Assembly: GCA_963790025.1 (NCBI GenBank)
Contig: CAWBMP010000004.1
Coordinates: forward strand, 1,472,001 to 1,536,000
DNA from: Nitrospirota bacterium
GTDB taxonomy: Bacteria > Nitrospirota > Thermodesulfovibrionia > Thermodesulfovibrionales > Dissulfurispiraceae
Length of the DNA: 64,000 bases
Direction: 5' to 3'
In this document: one piece after another, positions 29,252-39,310 of the stretch
How positions within the stretch are numbered: position 1 is the stretch's first letter
Layout of the letters: each line of letters begins with the position of its first letter
Program-made: the position numbers and the translations under genes
The notes under the pieces: model-generated
What the model saw: only the letters and a program-made list of their open reading frames with translations
Told to the model about the DNA's origin: nothing
Databases searched by the model: none

Positions 29252-30598
29252 TTATAACGGAGACCAGCCCGGGTTGAGCGCCTTTATGCTCTTCGGTGTT
29301 ATCCTCATGCGTCCCTCTCCGCTAATCCGTATAATATAAACCGCTTTTTGGCCTTCCACATTCGATGTAAAAGTCAGGTATCTGCCGTCAGGTGAGAAAG
29401 AGGGGCTTTCGTTGTTTCCTTTATCGGTAACCTGGATAATGCCGGTGCCGTCAGCCTTAATGACAAACAGCTGGTTTTTCCCTCCTATCATGCTGGTGAA
29501 TGCAATTTTATCTCCTTGCGGAGACCATACAGGAGAGGTGTTGTAGTTGCCCTGAAAGGTCAGCCTTCGTATGTCATAACCGTCCGGGTCTGCAATGTAT
29601 ATTTGAGGACTGCCTGACCTGTTTGAGACAAAGACGATAGATTTCCCATCAGGAGAAACCGAGGGTGAAACATCTATCCAGGGTGAGGAAATAATTTTCC
29701 TGCCTCTTGTATTTCCCAGGTCGGCGACATAGATGCCGGGCTTGCCGTCTTTTGTAGAGCTGAAAAGAAAATTATAATTATTGGGGAAAAAGTTGCCTGC
29801 TATATTCAAGCCGGTCATCAGCCCAAGGTTGCGCTCCTTCATGGTATTCATATCGAGCAGGTATATTCCCCATTGGCGCTGCCGCTCGGCAGAATAAAGA
29901 AGTTTCGACTTGTCCGATGCCCAACGGGGCGCCAGCAAAATATCACTGCTTAACCCGATGCCCTGCATTCTTTGGCCGTCCCAGTCCATAAGCTGCAGTT
30001 CCTTTTTTCCCCCCTTGTCGCTGACGAACACAATTCTTGTTTTGAATATACCCTGCTGTCCGGTAAGGATAGTATAAACATCGTTTGCAATGGAATGGGC
30101 GAGCGGCCGCACTAGGTCAGTAGTCGCAGCATAGTCTTTTTTCAGCACCTCTCTCCCTTCAGATACATCATAGGCGGATACATTTACGACAAATTTGTCC
30201 GGCGCAAAGACTGAAACCCTGCCTTTAACCACAAGCGCAACGCCGAGTCCCTGCCAGCTTGCGGTATTAAAGGGCTGATCAGGATGTTCGATTTGTGCAG
30301 CATCGTCAATACAGTCGAAAAGACCGGTAAAAGCAAGGTCATCTTTTACAATATCGGAAATCTGGTTGTTGCCTGTAAAACTCTGAACAGCGATTGGCAA
30401 TTTCTTAAAGGTGGGCGAAGTAATATCGATGTAAATTTTATCTGCGGAAGCCGGGGACTCAGGACTGAGGACTGAGGTAGGAGTTTGGAGATAAAAAAAT
30501 GGCGGACAAAGGATGAAAAAAAGCAAAGAACAAAGAAAAACTAAATGCCTTGTAACAATTATTCTGAATTTTATTGCATGCCTGGCCTTTTCTTTCAT
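29252..30598 (-). CDS. tolB: Tol-Pal beta-propeller protein TolB
   Basis: TolB N-domain plus PD40 repeats (SPSVSPDG, SPVWSPQG, SPSFSPDG); in the tol operon. Confidence 0.93.
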   Translation of the reverse strand: MKEKARHAIKFRIIVTRHLVFLCSLLFFILCPPFFYLQTPTSVLSPESPASADKIYIDITSPTFKKLPIAVQSFTGNNQISDIVKDDLAFTGLFDCIDDAAQIEHPDQPFNTASWQGLGVALVVKGRVSVFAPDKFVVNVSAYDVSEGREVLKKDYAATTDLVRPLAHSIANDVYTILTGQQGIFKTRIVFVSDKGGKKELQLMDWDGQRMQGIGLSSDILLAPRWASDKSKLLYSAERQRQWGIYLLDMNTMKERNLGLMTGLNIAGNFFPNNYNFLFSSTKDGKPGIYVADLGNTRGRKIISSPWIDVSPSVSPDGKSIVFVSNRSGSPQIYIADPDGYDIRRLTFQGNYNTSPVWSPQGDKIAFTSMIGGKNQLFVIKADGTGIIQVTDKGNNESPSFSPDGRYLTFTSNVEGQKAVYIIRISGEGRMRITPKSIKALNPGWSPL

Positions 30599-30632
30599 TC
30601 TTTTACCTCTAACCTCTGTCCTCCAATTTTTG

Positions 30633-31346
30633 TTATGGCCTGAATCTTACTCCTAATTCCATTTCATGCAGCGGTTTCGGCAGAGGGCTCGCCATCGTTA
30701 TGGCCCTCAGGACAGAACGGTCGAAAAGTGAATTTCCCGAGCCCTTTTCCATCTTTTCTACTGTAACGGTGCCGTCCCCTGCAATTTTAATTGAAACAAT
30801 AGTTTCCAAATCCCTATCAAGTGTATCAGGAAATATCCACTGTTGCCGGATCTTTCCCACAACCAGCGAATAATAATCATTGCCGCCCCCATTAGGACCG
30901 CCACTGCCGCTTTCGTTATTACCCGGTCCGGCACCGGAAAAGTTTTTCGAGTGCGTTAAACTCCGGCTGGAGCCTACATCTACGATTTTTCTGAGCGCTG
31001 CCATTTTTTCCAGCCTTTTTATGGCCTGGAGCGCCCTTATCTTTTCTTCCGGGCTGACTGTATAAGTTCTTTTTTTCTCCGGTATCGTCATCGGCGGTTT
31101 CACCACAGGTTTTTGTGCCGGTTTGACAATCTCCTGCTTTTCCTGCACCGGGGCCGGCGCCTCCGGAGCGACAGCCGGCTGACCGCCGCCTTCATGCCCT
31201 GTCTCTTCGTCCGTGAGAGATACCATGTAAGGCGTGACGTGATGTTGCGTGTAGAATTCACGTGCTGCGAAAAATGAGAGGGCTACAATTAAAGCATGCA
31301 GAAACAGGGAAAGAGTGAGGGCGCCGTATATGCCGGGGACCTTCAT
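30633..31346 (-). CDS. tolA: TolA/TonB-family protein
   Basis: SLFLH TM motif, Pro-rich linker, C-domain SGNSLFDRS..RA; between tolR and tolB. Confidence 0.82.
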   Translation of the reverse strand: MKVPGIYGALTLSLFLHALIVALSFFAAREFYTQHHVTPYMVSLTDEETGHEGGGQPAVAPEAPAPVQEKQEIVKPAQKPVVKPPMTIPEKKRTYTVSPEEKIRALQAIKRLEKMAALRKIVDVGSSRSLTHSKNFSGAGPGNNESGSGGPNGGGNDYYSLVVGKIRQQWIFPDTLDRDLETIVSIKIAGDGTVTVEKMEKGSGNSLFDRSVLRAITMASPLPKPLHEMELGVRFRP

Positions 31347-31744
31347 TTAAGCGAAATTTTGGGCTCGGTTATCATACCGAGCTTTTCTATGCCTGCCTCC
31401 TTTACCTCTCCCATGACTTGAACAACCAGACCGTATGGGACATCCTTGTCCGCCTTAAGAAACACGTTCGGATTGAGCTTGCTTACAGAGGCAAGCTTCT
31501 TTGTCAGTTCTTCCATTGATATGTGGTTATCGTTCAGGTAAATATCGCCGCCTTTTTTAATGACGATTGACAGCCTTTCCTCCGGAGGCAGGTCCTTGCC
31601 CTTTGCCTGCGGCAAATTTACATCGATTCCCTGCTGAAGCAGCGGTGCAGTAACCATAAAGATTATGAGAAGCACAAGCATGACATCGACAAGCGGGGTT
31701 ACGTTTATCTCCGACATGACGGCCCTATTTCTGGCAGGTTTCAT
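31343..31744 (-). CDS. tolR: TolR
   Basis: EINVTPLVDVMLVLLIIFMVTAP, ADKDVPYG. Confidence 0.93.
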   Translation of the reverse strand: MKPARNRAVMSEINVTPLVDVMLVLLIIFMVTAPLLQQGIDVNLPQAKGKDLPPEERLSIVIKKGGDIYLNDNHISMEELTKKLASVSKLNPNVFLKADKDVPYGLVVQVMGEVKEAGIEKLGMITEPKISLK

Positions 31745-31753
31745 TTTGGACGG

Positions 31754-32374
31754 TTATTTGAGAATATAGTCAAAAAGCTCTTCGGAGAAATCTTCCATTT
31801 CAATGATCATGCGATTTGCCTTGCTCAAATAGAAGTTGTAGCCAACTACTGCAGGGATAGCTGCAGCAAGGCCCATGGCAGTAGTAATGAGCGCCTCGGC
31901 AATCCCAGGCGCCACAACAGCAAGAGACGCTGACCCTGCGCTGCCGATCCCCCTGAAGGCATTCATTATGCCCCAGACGGTCCCGAACAATCCGATAAAC
32001 GGTGAAGTCGATCCGGTTGTGGCCAGAAAGTTCAGATAGCGCTGAAGCTTGGTCGCTTCAAGAGTGGAATATCTTCTGAGCATCCTCTTGAGTTCGTCTT
32101 TTTCAGTATAGGTTTTTTCGGAATACACGGACCTGAACAAACTGGCAAGAGGGCTTATCACATATTTTTTGGATAACGAAAAAAGGTCCTTGGGAGAGCC
32201 CGATGCCTCGTATGCTCTCAAAAAAGCATAAGTCTCTTTATCCGCCTTTGCGAAATGGCGCCATTTCTGAAACATTATGGTCCACGATATAATGGAGAAA
32301 AAGAGAAGAATAGCAAGGACAGCTTTGACTACGTATCCCGCTTCTAATATTAATTGTAAAGCCGATTGCTGCAT
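31754..32374 (-). CDS. tolQ: TolQ
   Basis: PFIGLFGTVWGIM, VAPGIAEALITTAMGL. Confidence 0.93.
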   Translation of the reverse strand: MQQSALQLILEAGYVVKAVLAILLFFSIISWTIMFQKWRHFAKADKETYAFLRAYEASGSPKDLFSLSKKYVISPLASLFRSVYSEKTYTEKDELKRMLRRYSTLEATKLQRYLNFLATTGSTSPFIGLFGTVWGIMNAFRGIGSAGSASLAVVAPGIAEALITTAMGLAAAIPAVVGYNFYLSKANRMIIEMEDFSEELFDYILK

Positions 32375-32481
32375 AACCTTAAAATGTTATCTAATTTTGA
32401 ACTTAAAAGTCAAATAACATAAAAACCGGGAAGAGGCAAAGGTAACTTGCAAGGGGCCGGAGAAATAAGTTATTTTTAATA

Positions 32482-33471
32482 ATGGGTTTTGGCAGCATCG
32501 TCAATTCATTTAAGCACAAGAAGATACTTATTATCGGTGATTTGATCCTTGACCGTTATATCTTCGGCAAGGTAAGCAGGATTTCTCCTGAGGCCCCGGT
32601 ACCGGTGGTCGATGTGGTAAGCGAGTCGTTCCTTCTCGGAGGCGCGGCAAATGTCGCCAACAACATAATAGCCCTCGGGGGCAATGTGTCAGTCGCCGGT
32701 ATTGTAGGCAGGGATAGTGCCGGTAAATATTTGAGGGACCTGCTTGGGCAAAAGAATGTCGGCACCGAAGGAATCATCGAAGACAAAAGACCGACCACGG
32801 TGAAAACCCGCGTTGTTGCCCATAACCAGCAGGTAGTCCGGTTCGACAGGGAAGACCGCAAGAAGCTTGAAGGAAAAAATCTCTCCCTCCTGCTGGATTA
32901 CTTGAAAAGGTCGATTGCCGGACATGATGCTGTCATAGTTTCCGACTATAAGAAAGGCATTGTCTCGGCGCCGCTTATAAAGGCGCTGGTCAAATATGCA
33001 AAAAAGAACGATACGTTTATTGCCGTAGACCCGAAAGTGGGGCACTTTCACTTTTACAAGGAGGTCTCGCTCATAACTCCCAACCTCATGGAAGCATCGC
33101 AAGGCTCCGGTGTCGAGATCAGAGATGAAAAAAGCCTCATGAAGGCAGGGAAGACGCTTATGAACAGACTATCATGCAAATCGCTGCTGGTTACGCGGGG
33201 AGAGGACGGCATGAGTCTGTTCGCGCGACGCAGCTCCAGAGAGATCTCGGCAATACATATTCCAACAGTCGCACAGAAAGTTTTTGATGTCACGGGTGCC
33301 GGTGATACTGTTATTGCCACTTTTGCACTTGCGTATGCGGCTGGGGCTTCACTGGAAGATGCCGCAGTTATCGCCAACCATGCTGCAGGCATTGTTGTAG
33401 GGGAGGTCGGGACCGCGGTGGCAACCCCGGAGTCTCTGCTCATATCTCTGCGATCAGGAAGAAGGCACTAA
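32482..33471 (+). CDS. rfaE1: D-glycero-beta-D-manno-heptose-7-phosphate kinase
   Basis: RISPEAPVPV, GGAANVA, SDYKKG, FDVTGAGDTV. Confidence 0.93.
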   Translation: MGFGSIVNSFKHKKILIIGDLILDRYIFGKVSRISPEAPVPVVDVVSESFLLGGAANVANNIIALGGNVSVAGIVGRDSAGKYLRDLLGQKNVGTEGIIEDKRPTTVKTRVVAHNQQVVRFDREDRKKLEGKNLSLLLDYLKRSIAGHDAVIVSDYKKGIVSAPLIKALVKYAKKNDTFIAVDPKVGHFHFYKEVSLITPNLMEASQGSGVEIRDEKSLMKAGKTLMNRLSCKSLLVTRGEDGMSLFARRSSREISAIHIPTVAQKVFDVTGAGDTVIATFALAYAAGASLEDAAVIANHAAGIVVGEVGTAVATPESLLISLRSGRRH

Positions 33472-33528
33472 CAAGTAGGCATTATGGAGTAAGCAGTAGG
33501 CATCTTACTTTCTTTACTGTTTTTAATT

Positions 33529-34557
33529 ATGCCAAAAGCCATAGCATTATACTCAGGCGGTCTCGACAGCACTCTGGCAATCCTGGTTGCGATGAAGCAG
33601 GGGATAGAGGTAACTGCGGTGACCTTTGTCACGCATTTTGGCTGCAATATCTCGGACAAATCATCCTGCTCCAAAGACCCCTTTGCCGCTGCCGCTCAAT
33701 TCGGCTTTGAGGTGAAGCTTTGCCATCTTGCAGACCGGTTTATCGAAATTGTAAAAAAACCGAAGTTCGGCCACGGAAAAAACATGAATCCCTGTATCGA
33801 TTGCAGGATATTGATGCTGAAAGAAGCCAAAGAACTTATGGCTATGCGCGGTGCTGACTTCATTATAACGGGAGAGGTGCTGGGTCAGCGGCCTATGAGC
33901 CAGCGCAGGGATACATTCCCGAAGATCGACAGGGAGGCGGAGCTGGCAGGATACATTGTGCGTCCTCTGAGCGCAAAACTGCTGAAACCGACAATTCCCG
34001 AACAAGCGGGTATTATTGACAGGGAGAGGTTGTACGCGTTTAACGGCAGGTCGAGAAAACCGCAAATTGCCCTTGCAAGCGAGCTCGGCCTCACCAGTTA
34101 TCCTGCTCCTGCAGGGGGGTGTCTATTGACAGACCCGATTTATTCACACCGCCTGAGGGACCTGCTGGAATATACTCCCGATCCGGGTTTGAAAGATATA
34201 CAACTCCTGCGGACAGGCCGACATTTCAGAATATCCCAAAACGAAAAAATAATTGTGGGGAGGCATGAGGAAGACAACGTAATAATTGATTCACTGGCTG
34301 ACAGCGGCGATTACCTTTTGTGGGTTGAGGGACACGGAAGTCCTCTTGCAATTGCGAACGGCAGAATAACCGAAGATGCGCTGGGCATAGCTGCCGCTCT
34401 CTGCGCGCGGTATTCCGATGCAAAAACACTTCCTGTGGTCGATGTTACTGTAAAAAAGAACGGTTCCTGCTCCATAATGCAGGTGCGTCCGGCTTCGGCT
34501 GAAATGCTTATTAACTATATGGTCCGGGTATCCGGGACAAAAGAAAAGGAGTGTTAA
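33529..34557 (+). CDS. PP-loop tRNA thiolation enzyme (ThiI/MnmA-like, DUF814-type C-terminus)
   Basis: SGGLDS, NPCIDC, GEVLGQRPMSQ, PAGGCLLT, GRHFR. Confidence 0.85.
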   Translation: MPKAIALYSGGLDSTLAILVAMKQGIEVTAVTFVTHFGCNISDKSSCSKDPFAAAAQFGFEVKLCHLADRFIEIVKKPKFGHGKNMNPCIDCRILMLKEAKELMAMRGADFIITGEVLGQRPMSQRRDTFPKIDREAELAGYIVRPLSAKLLKPTIPEQAGIIDRERLYAFNGRSRKPQIALASELGLTSYPAPAGGCLLTDPIYSHRLRDLLEYTPDPGLKDIQLLRTGRHFRISQNEKIIVGRHEEDNVIIDSLADSGDYLLWVEGHGSPLAIANGRITEDALGIAAALCARYSDAKTLPVVDVTVKKNGSCSIMQVRPASAEMLINYMVRVSGTKEKEC

Positions 34558-34558
34558 A

Positions 34559-35191
34559 GTGAACAGATCGGCAATAACCGTATTTCTTTTTCTGGCATTT
34601 TGCCTGGCCTCTTGTGCAAGCACTACCAATTATCCCATAACGCTCTCTTACCAACCGGTTACCCCGCAATACGAAAAAGCAGGGGGCGCATCGATTGCAG
34701 TTGCCACTCTCGCCGATAGAAGGCCTGTGACTAATAAGAGAATTCTCGGAACAAAAGAGGATGGGGTCCAGTTTATAGCTCTTATTGACGATCCGGCGGC
34801 GGCGCTCTCAAAAGGTTTTGCCGTCTACCTTGTGAACAGGGGTTTCATGGTCAACAGAACAGATGAAGTATGGGATGGAGATGTGAAGTCCATAAGTCAG
34901 AGTCAGGGCAATTTCATCATCGGGGGCACATTGGATGATCTTGCCATCAATGTCAAAGGAAATCTTTTGAAGACGGAGTATGACTGCTCGGTGAAATTCA
35001 CTCTTTCAGTTGCCGATATAAAGACAAAGGAACTGCTGCACAGGGAAAAATTCGATGTTTCGACTTCATATGTCACGCTGCCGTTCAGCAGGGAAAAGGC
35101 GGAGGAGCTTATAAACAAGGCACTGTCCGAATCAGTTGAAAAGTCCCTTGCAGGCATAAATTCATATCTCCCGGGGCATACAAGAAATTGA
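34559..35191 (+). CDS. Lipoprotein (YajG-like)
   Basis: Lipobox LASC and D.RP motif. Confidence 0.65.
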   Translation: MNRSAITVFLFLAFCLASCASTTNYPITLSYQPVTPQYEKAGGASIAVATLADRRPVTNKRILGTKEDGVQFIALIDDPAAALSKGFAVYLVNRGFMVNRTDEVWDGDVKSISQSQGNFIIGGTLDDLAINVKGNLLKTEYDCSVKFTLSVADIKTKELLHREKFDVSTSYVTLPFSREKAEELINKALSESVEKSLAGINSYLPGHTRN

Positions 35192-35226
35192 CATTGGGAG
35201 CAGACAAGCTGATTGCCCGACGTTGC

Positions 35227-36066
35227 TTAAAGCCTGACAGGCACGCCTTTTGATTTCAGGAATTCCTTTGCCTCTTTGATCGTGTATTCTCTATAGTGAA
35301 AGATCGATGCGGCGAGCACCGCATCTGCTTTGCCTTGAACAACGCCCTCATAGAGGTGCTCCAGGTTGCCGACACCACCGGATGCAATGACCGGGATCGT
35401 CACTCCCTCTGAAACAGCCCTTGTTAACTCAAGGTCATATCCGTCCTTTGTGCCGTCCCTGTCCATGCTGGTCAGGAGGATTTCGCCGGCACCGAGTTCC
35501 TCCACCTTTGCCGCCCATTTGACAGCATCGATACCCTTCATCTTTCTGCCGCCATGTGTTGAGAGCGCCCAGACAGATTTCCCGGCAGACATCTTTAGGC
35601 AGACATCCTTTAAGCTCTGATCCGAGAACCAGTCTTCACCCGTTGCATCGGTCAAACTACGCGTCACCCTTTTTGCATCGATAGCAACAACTATGCATTG
35701 GCTCCCGAATTTCTCGGCAGCCCGGTTGATGAAATAAGGGTCCTTTACCGCAGCAGTGTTAATTGAGACCTTGTCGCATCCGGCATTAAGCAAATCCCTG
35801 ATATCCTCAAGCGTCCGTATGCCGCCGCCTACTGTCAGCGGCATGAAGACGTCGTCGGCAGTCTTTTCCACGACATGGAGTATGATCTTCCTTTTCTCGT
35901 GAGAGGCGGTTATATCGAGAAAAACAAGTTCATCGGCGCCCTGCTCATCATAATAAATCGCATTCTCCACCGGATCGCCCGCATCCCTGATGTTGACGAA
36001 ATTGACCCCCTTCACAACTCGCCCGTCCCTGACGTCAAGACATGGTATTATTCGTTTAGCCAACAT
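35227..36066 (-). CDS. hisF: Imidazole glycerol phosphate synthase cyclase subunit
   Basis: [41 protein letters not shown]. Confidence 0.97.
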   Translation of the reverse strand: MLAKRIIPCLDVRDGRVVKGVNFVNIRDAGDPVENAIYYDEQGADELVFLDITASHEKRKIILHVVEKTADDVFMPLTVGGGIRTLEDIRDLLNAGCDKVSINTAAVKDPYFINRAAEKFGSQCIVVAIDAKRVTRSLTDATGEDWFSDQSLKDVCLKMSAGKSVWALSTHGGRKMKGIDAVKWAAKVEELGAGEILLTSMDRDGTKDGYDLELTRAVSEGVTIPVIASGGVGNLEHLYEGVVQGKADAVLAASIFHYREYTIKEAKEFLKSKGVPVRL

Positions 36067-36071
36067 ATTTT

Positions 36072-36792
36072 CTAGCTCCCCACGGTCTGAATTGCTATTT
36101 TTAAATCAATGGAACCTGAATAAAGGGCCTTGCCGGTAATGGCGCCCCACAACTTTTTTATCCCAAGCAAACTTTTAATATCGTCCAGCGAGGAAATCCC
36201 TCCTGATGCTATAACTGGTATATCAAGCGACTCCGCCATGTCCCGCATGGCTTCAATATTGGGACCGGTCATCATCCCGTCCCTGGAAATATCAGTATAG
36301 ATAATCCCTGCAACGCCATAGTCCTGCATCATTAATGCCAGGTCTTTGGCTTTCACCGTGGTCACTTCTACCCAGCCTTTTACAGCAACGAGACCGTCTT
36401 TTGCATCAATGCCGACCAGGACATTGCCGGGGTATTTCCCCGCTGCTTTTTTTACGAGTTCCGGCTTTTCAACGGCAACTGTGCCCAGGATGACCCTGTT
36501 TATCCCATATGCAATGAGTTGATCGATCCTGTTTAAGTCCCTTATGCCGCCGCCAACCTCGATATCCATTTTCACAGCAGCCCTTATTTTACGTATGCTG
36601 TCGAGATTTTTTCTGGCTGCCTGTAAAAGCGCCGTCAAGATCAACTACGTGTAAAAGCCGCGCCCCGCAGGATTCCCATTTTTGGGCAACAGCTGCGGGA
36701 TCGTTTGAGTATTCTGTTACATCCTCTTTCCTCCCCTGCAGGAGCCGCACACATAGTCCGTCCTTTAAATCTATTGCAGGAATTACTATCAT
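36072..36792 (-). CDS. hisA: ProFAR isomerase with a +1 frameshift in a homopolymer (36607-36612)
   Basis: N-part [14 protein letters not shown] and C-part [14 protein letters not shown] join as QKNLDS if one A is removed from the A6 run. Confidence 0.92.
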
Positions 36793-36815
36793 TCAGTAAT
36801 ATAACATAGTAACAG

Positions 36816-37778
36816 ATGACAGAGGACAGAAGACAGGGCAGCAATTCAGATAATAAGTGTAATGACGGATGTGTCTATTACGCTCAGGCGCTCCGTCTTG
36901 ACAGTTCTAACGGCCCGTTCGCTGCAGTCGCAAAATTCAGCCCTTCGGACTTCAGTTTCTCGCCTGCTTTACGCTCACTCTCCGAGAACTGTTACCAAAA
37001 CTCCGCGATTCGCTCCAGAGACACATCCGTCATTACACTGTCTGCTGTGCTTGTTTTTCTGATTATTCAACTCTCGGCAGTATTGTCTCCGGCATGGTCT
37101 TTTTCCATACCCGAAAAACTGCACTATGACCTCACCTGGGTAGGAATAAAGACCGGCGAGGCAGAGCTGGAGGTGAGAGAGACCGCCAAGGATATTCAGA
37201 TCATATCCAAAGCCAATTCGTCAGATTGGGCCTCAATATTCCATCGCGTAGACGACATCGTTGTCAGTACGATAAGAAAGGGTGAGAATAAGGGATATTG
37301 CGAGGGGTTCATCGGTGTGCCGCATAATTACCGGATAAAAATACACGAAGGCAGGTATCAGCGGGACAAGGAATTTCTCATGGACCACGTCGCAAAAAAA
37401 GTGACCTACACAAACTATCTCGCCAAGGAAAAGAAAGAGTTCGTTATCAATGAATCTACGCTCGATCCGCTTTCAAGTTTCTATTATGTCAGGATGCTCC
37501 CTCTTGAGGTGGGGAAATCCGTGTTTCTCGATGTATTTGACAGCAAGAAATTATACAAAGCAGAGGTCCAGGTGTTAAAAAGAGAAGTATTAGAGACCCC
37601 GGCAGGGACCTTTAAAACAGTGCTTATCAAGCCAATACTCAGATCGGAAGGCATCTTCTTTAAAAAGGGAGATATACTTATATGGCTCACTGATGACAGC
37701 AGGAAAATTCCGGTTATGGTTAAGACGAAGGTTGGTGTCGGCTCGGTGAAGGCGATACTTGTGGGCGGCCCGCAATGA
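36816..37778 (+). CDS. DUF3108-domain protein (start uncertain)
   Basis: EKLHYDLTW.GI..G, DPLS, TPAGTF, IWLTDDSRKIPV. Confidence 0.8.
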   Translation: MTEDRRQGSNSDNKCNDGCVYYAQALRLDSSNGPFAAVAKFSPSDFSFSPALRSLSENCYQNSAIRSRDTSVITLSAVLVFLIIQLSAVLSPAWSFSIPEKLHYDLTWVGIKTGEAELEVRETAKDIQIISKANSSDWASIFHRVDDIVVSTIRKGENKGYCEGFIGVPHNYRIKIHEGRYQRDKEFLMDHVAKKVTYTNYLAKEKKEFVINESTLDPLSSFYYVRMLPLEVGKSVFLDVFDSKKLYKAEVQVLKREVLETPAGTFKTVLIKPILRSEGIFFKKGDILIWLTDDSRKIPVMVKTKVGVGSVKAILVGGPQ

Positions 37779-38521
37779 TACCTGTATCAGTCGTCATAGC
37801 GGCAAAGAACGAAGAACGGAATATAGAAGACGCGCTTCAAAGCGTCAGCCGATTCGGAGAAATAATCATAATCGACGACTTCAGCTCAGACAGTACGATA
37901 TCTATCGCTAAAAAATATACCGACAAAATTTCTCAGGTAGCATGGCAGGGCTACGCAAGGCAGAAGCAGACAGGCATAGACAAGGCATCGATGCCCTGGG
38001 TTTTAGTGCTCGATGCGGATGAGCGGGTTACAGATGCCCTTGCTGATGAAATCAGGACGGCCATTGAAAGCTCCACGTATAATGCCTACTACATCGCACG
38101 GAAAAATTTTTTTCTCGGCAGGTGGATACGTCATGGAGGCTGGTGGCCCGATTATACATTGAGGCTGTTCAAGAAAGACACCGCCAGAATGGAACAGCGG
38201 GAAGTGCATGAAAAGATAGTAGCCGATGGAAAGACAGCCTATTGCAAAAATCCCATGGAGCATTACACGTACAGGCAGATTTCGGATTACATCAAAAAGA
38301 TGAATACCTACTCCGCGCTGGCAGCAAAAGAACTGCATCAAAAGGGGACCCCGTCCAGATTTTATCAACTTATCGTCAAACCGCCCGCCACCTTTTTGAG
38401 GATGTACATTTTACAGCAGGGTTGCAGAGACGGCTTTCACGGGTTCGTGCTTGGAGTGCTTTACAGTTTCTATACATTTCTAAAATACCTGAAGCTGTGG
38501 GAGATTGAAAAATTGCCATAA
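37775..38521 (+). CDS. Glycosyltransferase family 2 (LPS core WaaE/KdtX-like)
   Basis: KNEE, LDADE, WWPDY.LRLF, VHE, DGFHG. Confidence 0.9.
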   Translation: MIPVSVVIAAKNEERNIEDALQSVSRFGEIIIIDDFSSDSTISIAKKYTDKISQVAWQGYARQKQTGIDKASMPWVLVLDADERVTDALADEIRTAIESSTYNAYYIARKNFFLGRWIRHGGWWPDYTLRLFKKDTARMEQREVHEKIVADGKTAYCKNPMEHYTYRQISDYIKKMNTYSALAAKELHQKGTPSRFYQLIVKPPATFLRMYILQQGCRDGFHGFVLGVLYSFYTFLKYLKLWEIEKLP

Positions 38522-38542
38522 AATTTGGCTGTTTGGTATAAT
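38513..38542 (+). promoter_or_regulatory. Putative sigma70 promoter of tRNA-Met
   Basis: TTGCCA-18-TATAAT with extended TG. Confidence 0.55.
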
Positions 38543-38555
38543 AATAAGTTCTAAA

Positions 38556-38629
38556 GGCGGTGTAGCTCAGCTGGTTAGAGCATGCGACTCATATTCGCAG
38601 TGTCCGGGGTTCGATTCCCTGCACCGCCA
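38556..38629 (+). tRNA. tRNA-Met(CAT), elongator type, CCA not encoded
   Basis: Acceptor GGCGGTG/CACCGCC (paired 1:72), anticodon arm TGCGA-CTCATAT-TCGCA, T-loop GGTTCGATTCC. Confidence 0.93.
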
Positions 38630-38899
38630 CTACCTTTTTGTTATGTCCGTGACCCCATAATTTGGCCGTTGCAAGTGTGGGGTTATTTATATAATAATTT
38701 AATATTTATAAAGTTATATCAATAAGATATAGACCTAATTAAATTGTTATATATAATAGCTCCCCGAACTTTACGGAACAAGCCGACGAAGCTATTTTCT
38801 TCAGACCGAAGCAATACCCGCGTTCTGCATTATTTTCACGCTTTTGGATTCCGAGGCTTGCCCTTTTAAATCCAACCGTACTAAGATTCTTACAACCCT

Positions 38900-39187
38900 A
38901 TGGGCGAATCAAATAATAAGGGCTGGTGTGTATACGTGCTCAAGTGCCGGAATAATTATCTGTACATTGGGATAACTAATGATCTTGCTGCCCGTATGAA
39001 AGCCCATGCAAATGGTACTGGCAGCAAGTTTGTGAGGGCTTGGAAGCCGTTTGAGCTTGTAAAGGTGCTATCATGTAGGGATGGCAGAGAGGCACGCAGT
39101 TTGGAGTACCAGTTAAAGAAGTTGAAGCGGATTAAAAAAATGTCGACTCTGGGCTTGACGGATAAGGAACAGCTGCATAAAGTTTAA
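38900..39187 (+). CDS. GIY-YIG nuclease (UPF0213/YhbQ-like)
   Basis: VYVLKC...YIGITNDL.AR..H..G.GSKF, E.QLK. Confidence 0.9.
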   Translation: MGESNNKGWCVYVLKCRNNYLYIGITNDLAARMKAHANGTGSKFVRAWKPFELVKVLSCRDGREARSLEYQLKKLKRIKKMSTLGLTDKEQLHKV

Positions 39188-39310
39188 CTCATCGTGCAAT
39201 AATAGGCAGTATGGGAACAGAAAAAATACTCGATTATTTGCCGGAATTTAATGATTAAATGCACATATGCAAGCCTGAACATCCCGCTGGAATTTTCAAT
39301 ATATTTTTTC

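Noticed and set aside
38556..38629. Initiator tRNA-fMet or tRNA-Ile2
   Set aside because: The 1:72 pair is intact and the anticodon stem lacks three G-C pairs, so not fMet. The acceptor resembles elongator Met; Ile2 is not strictly excluded.
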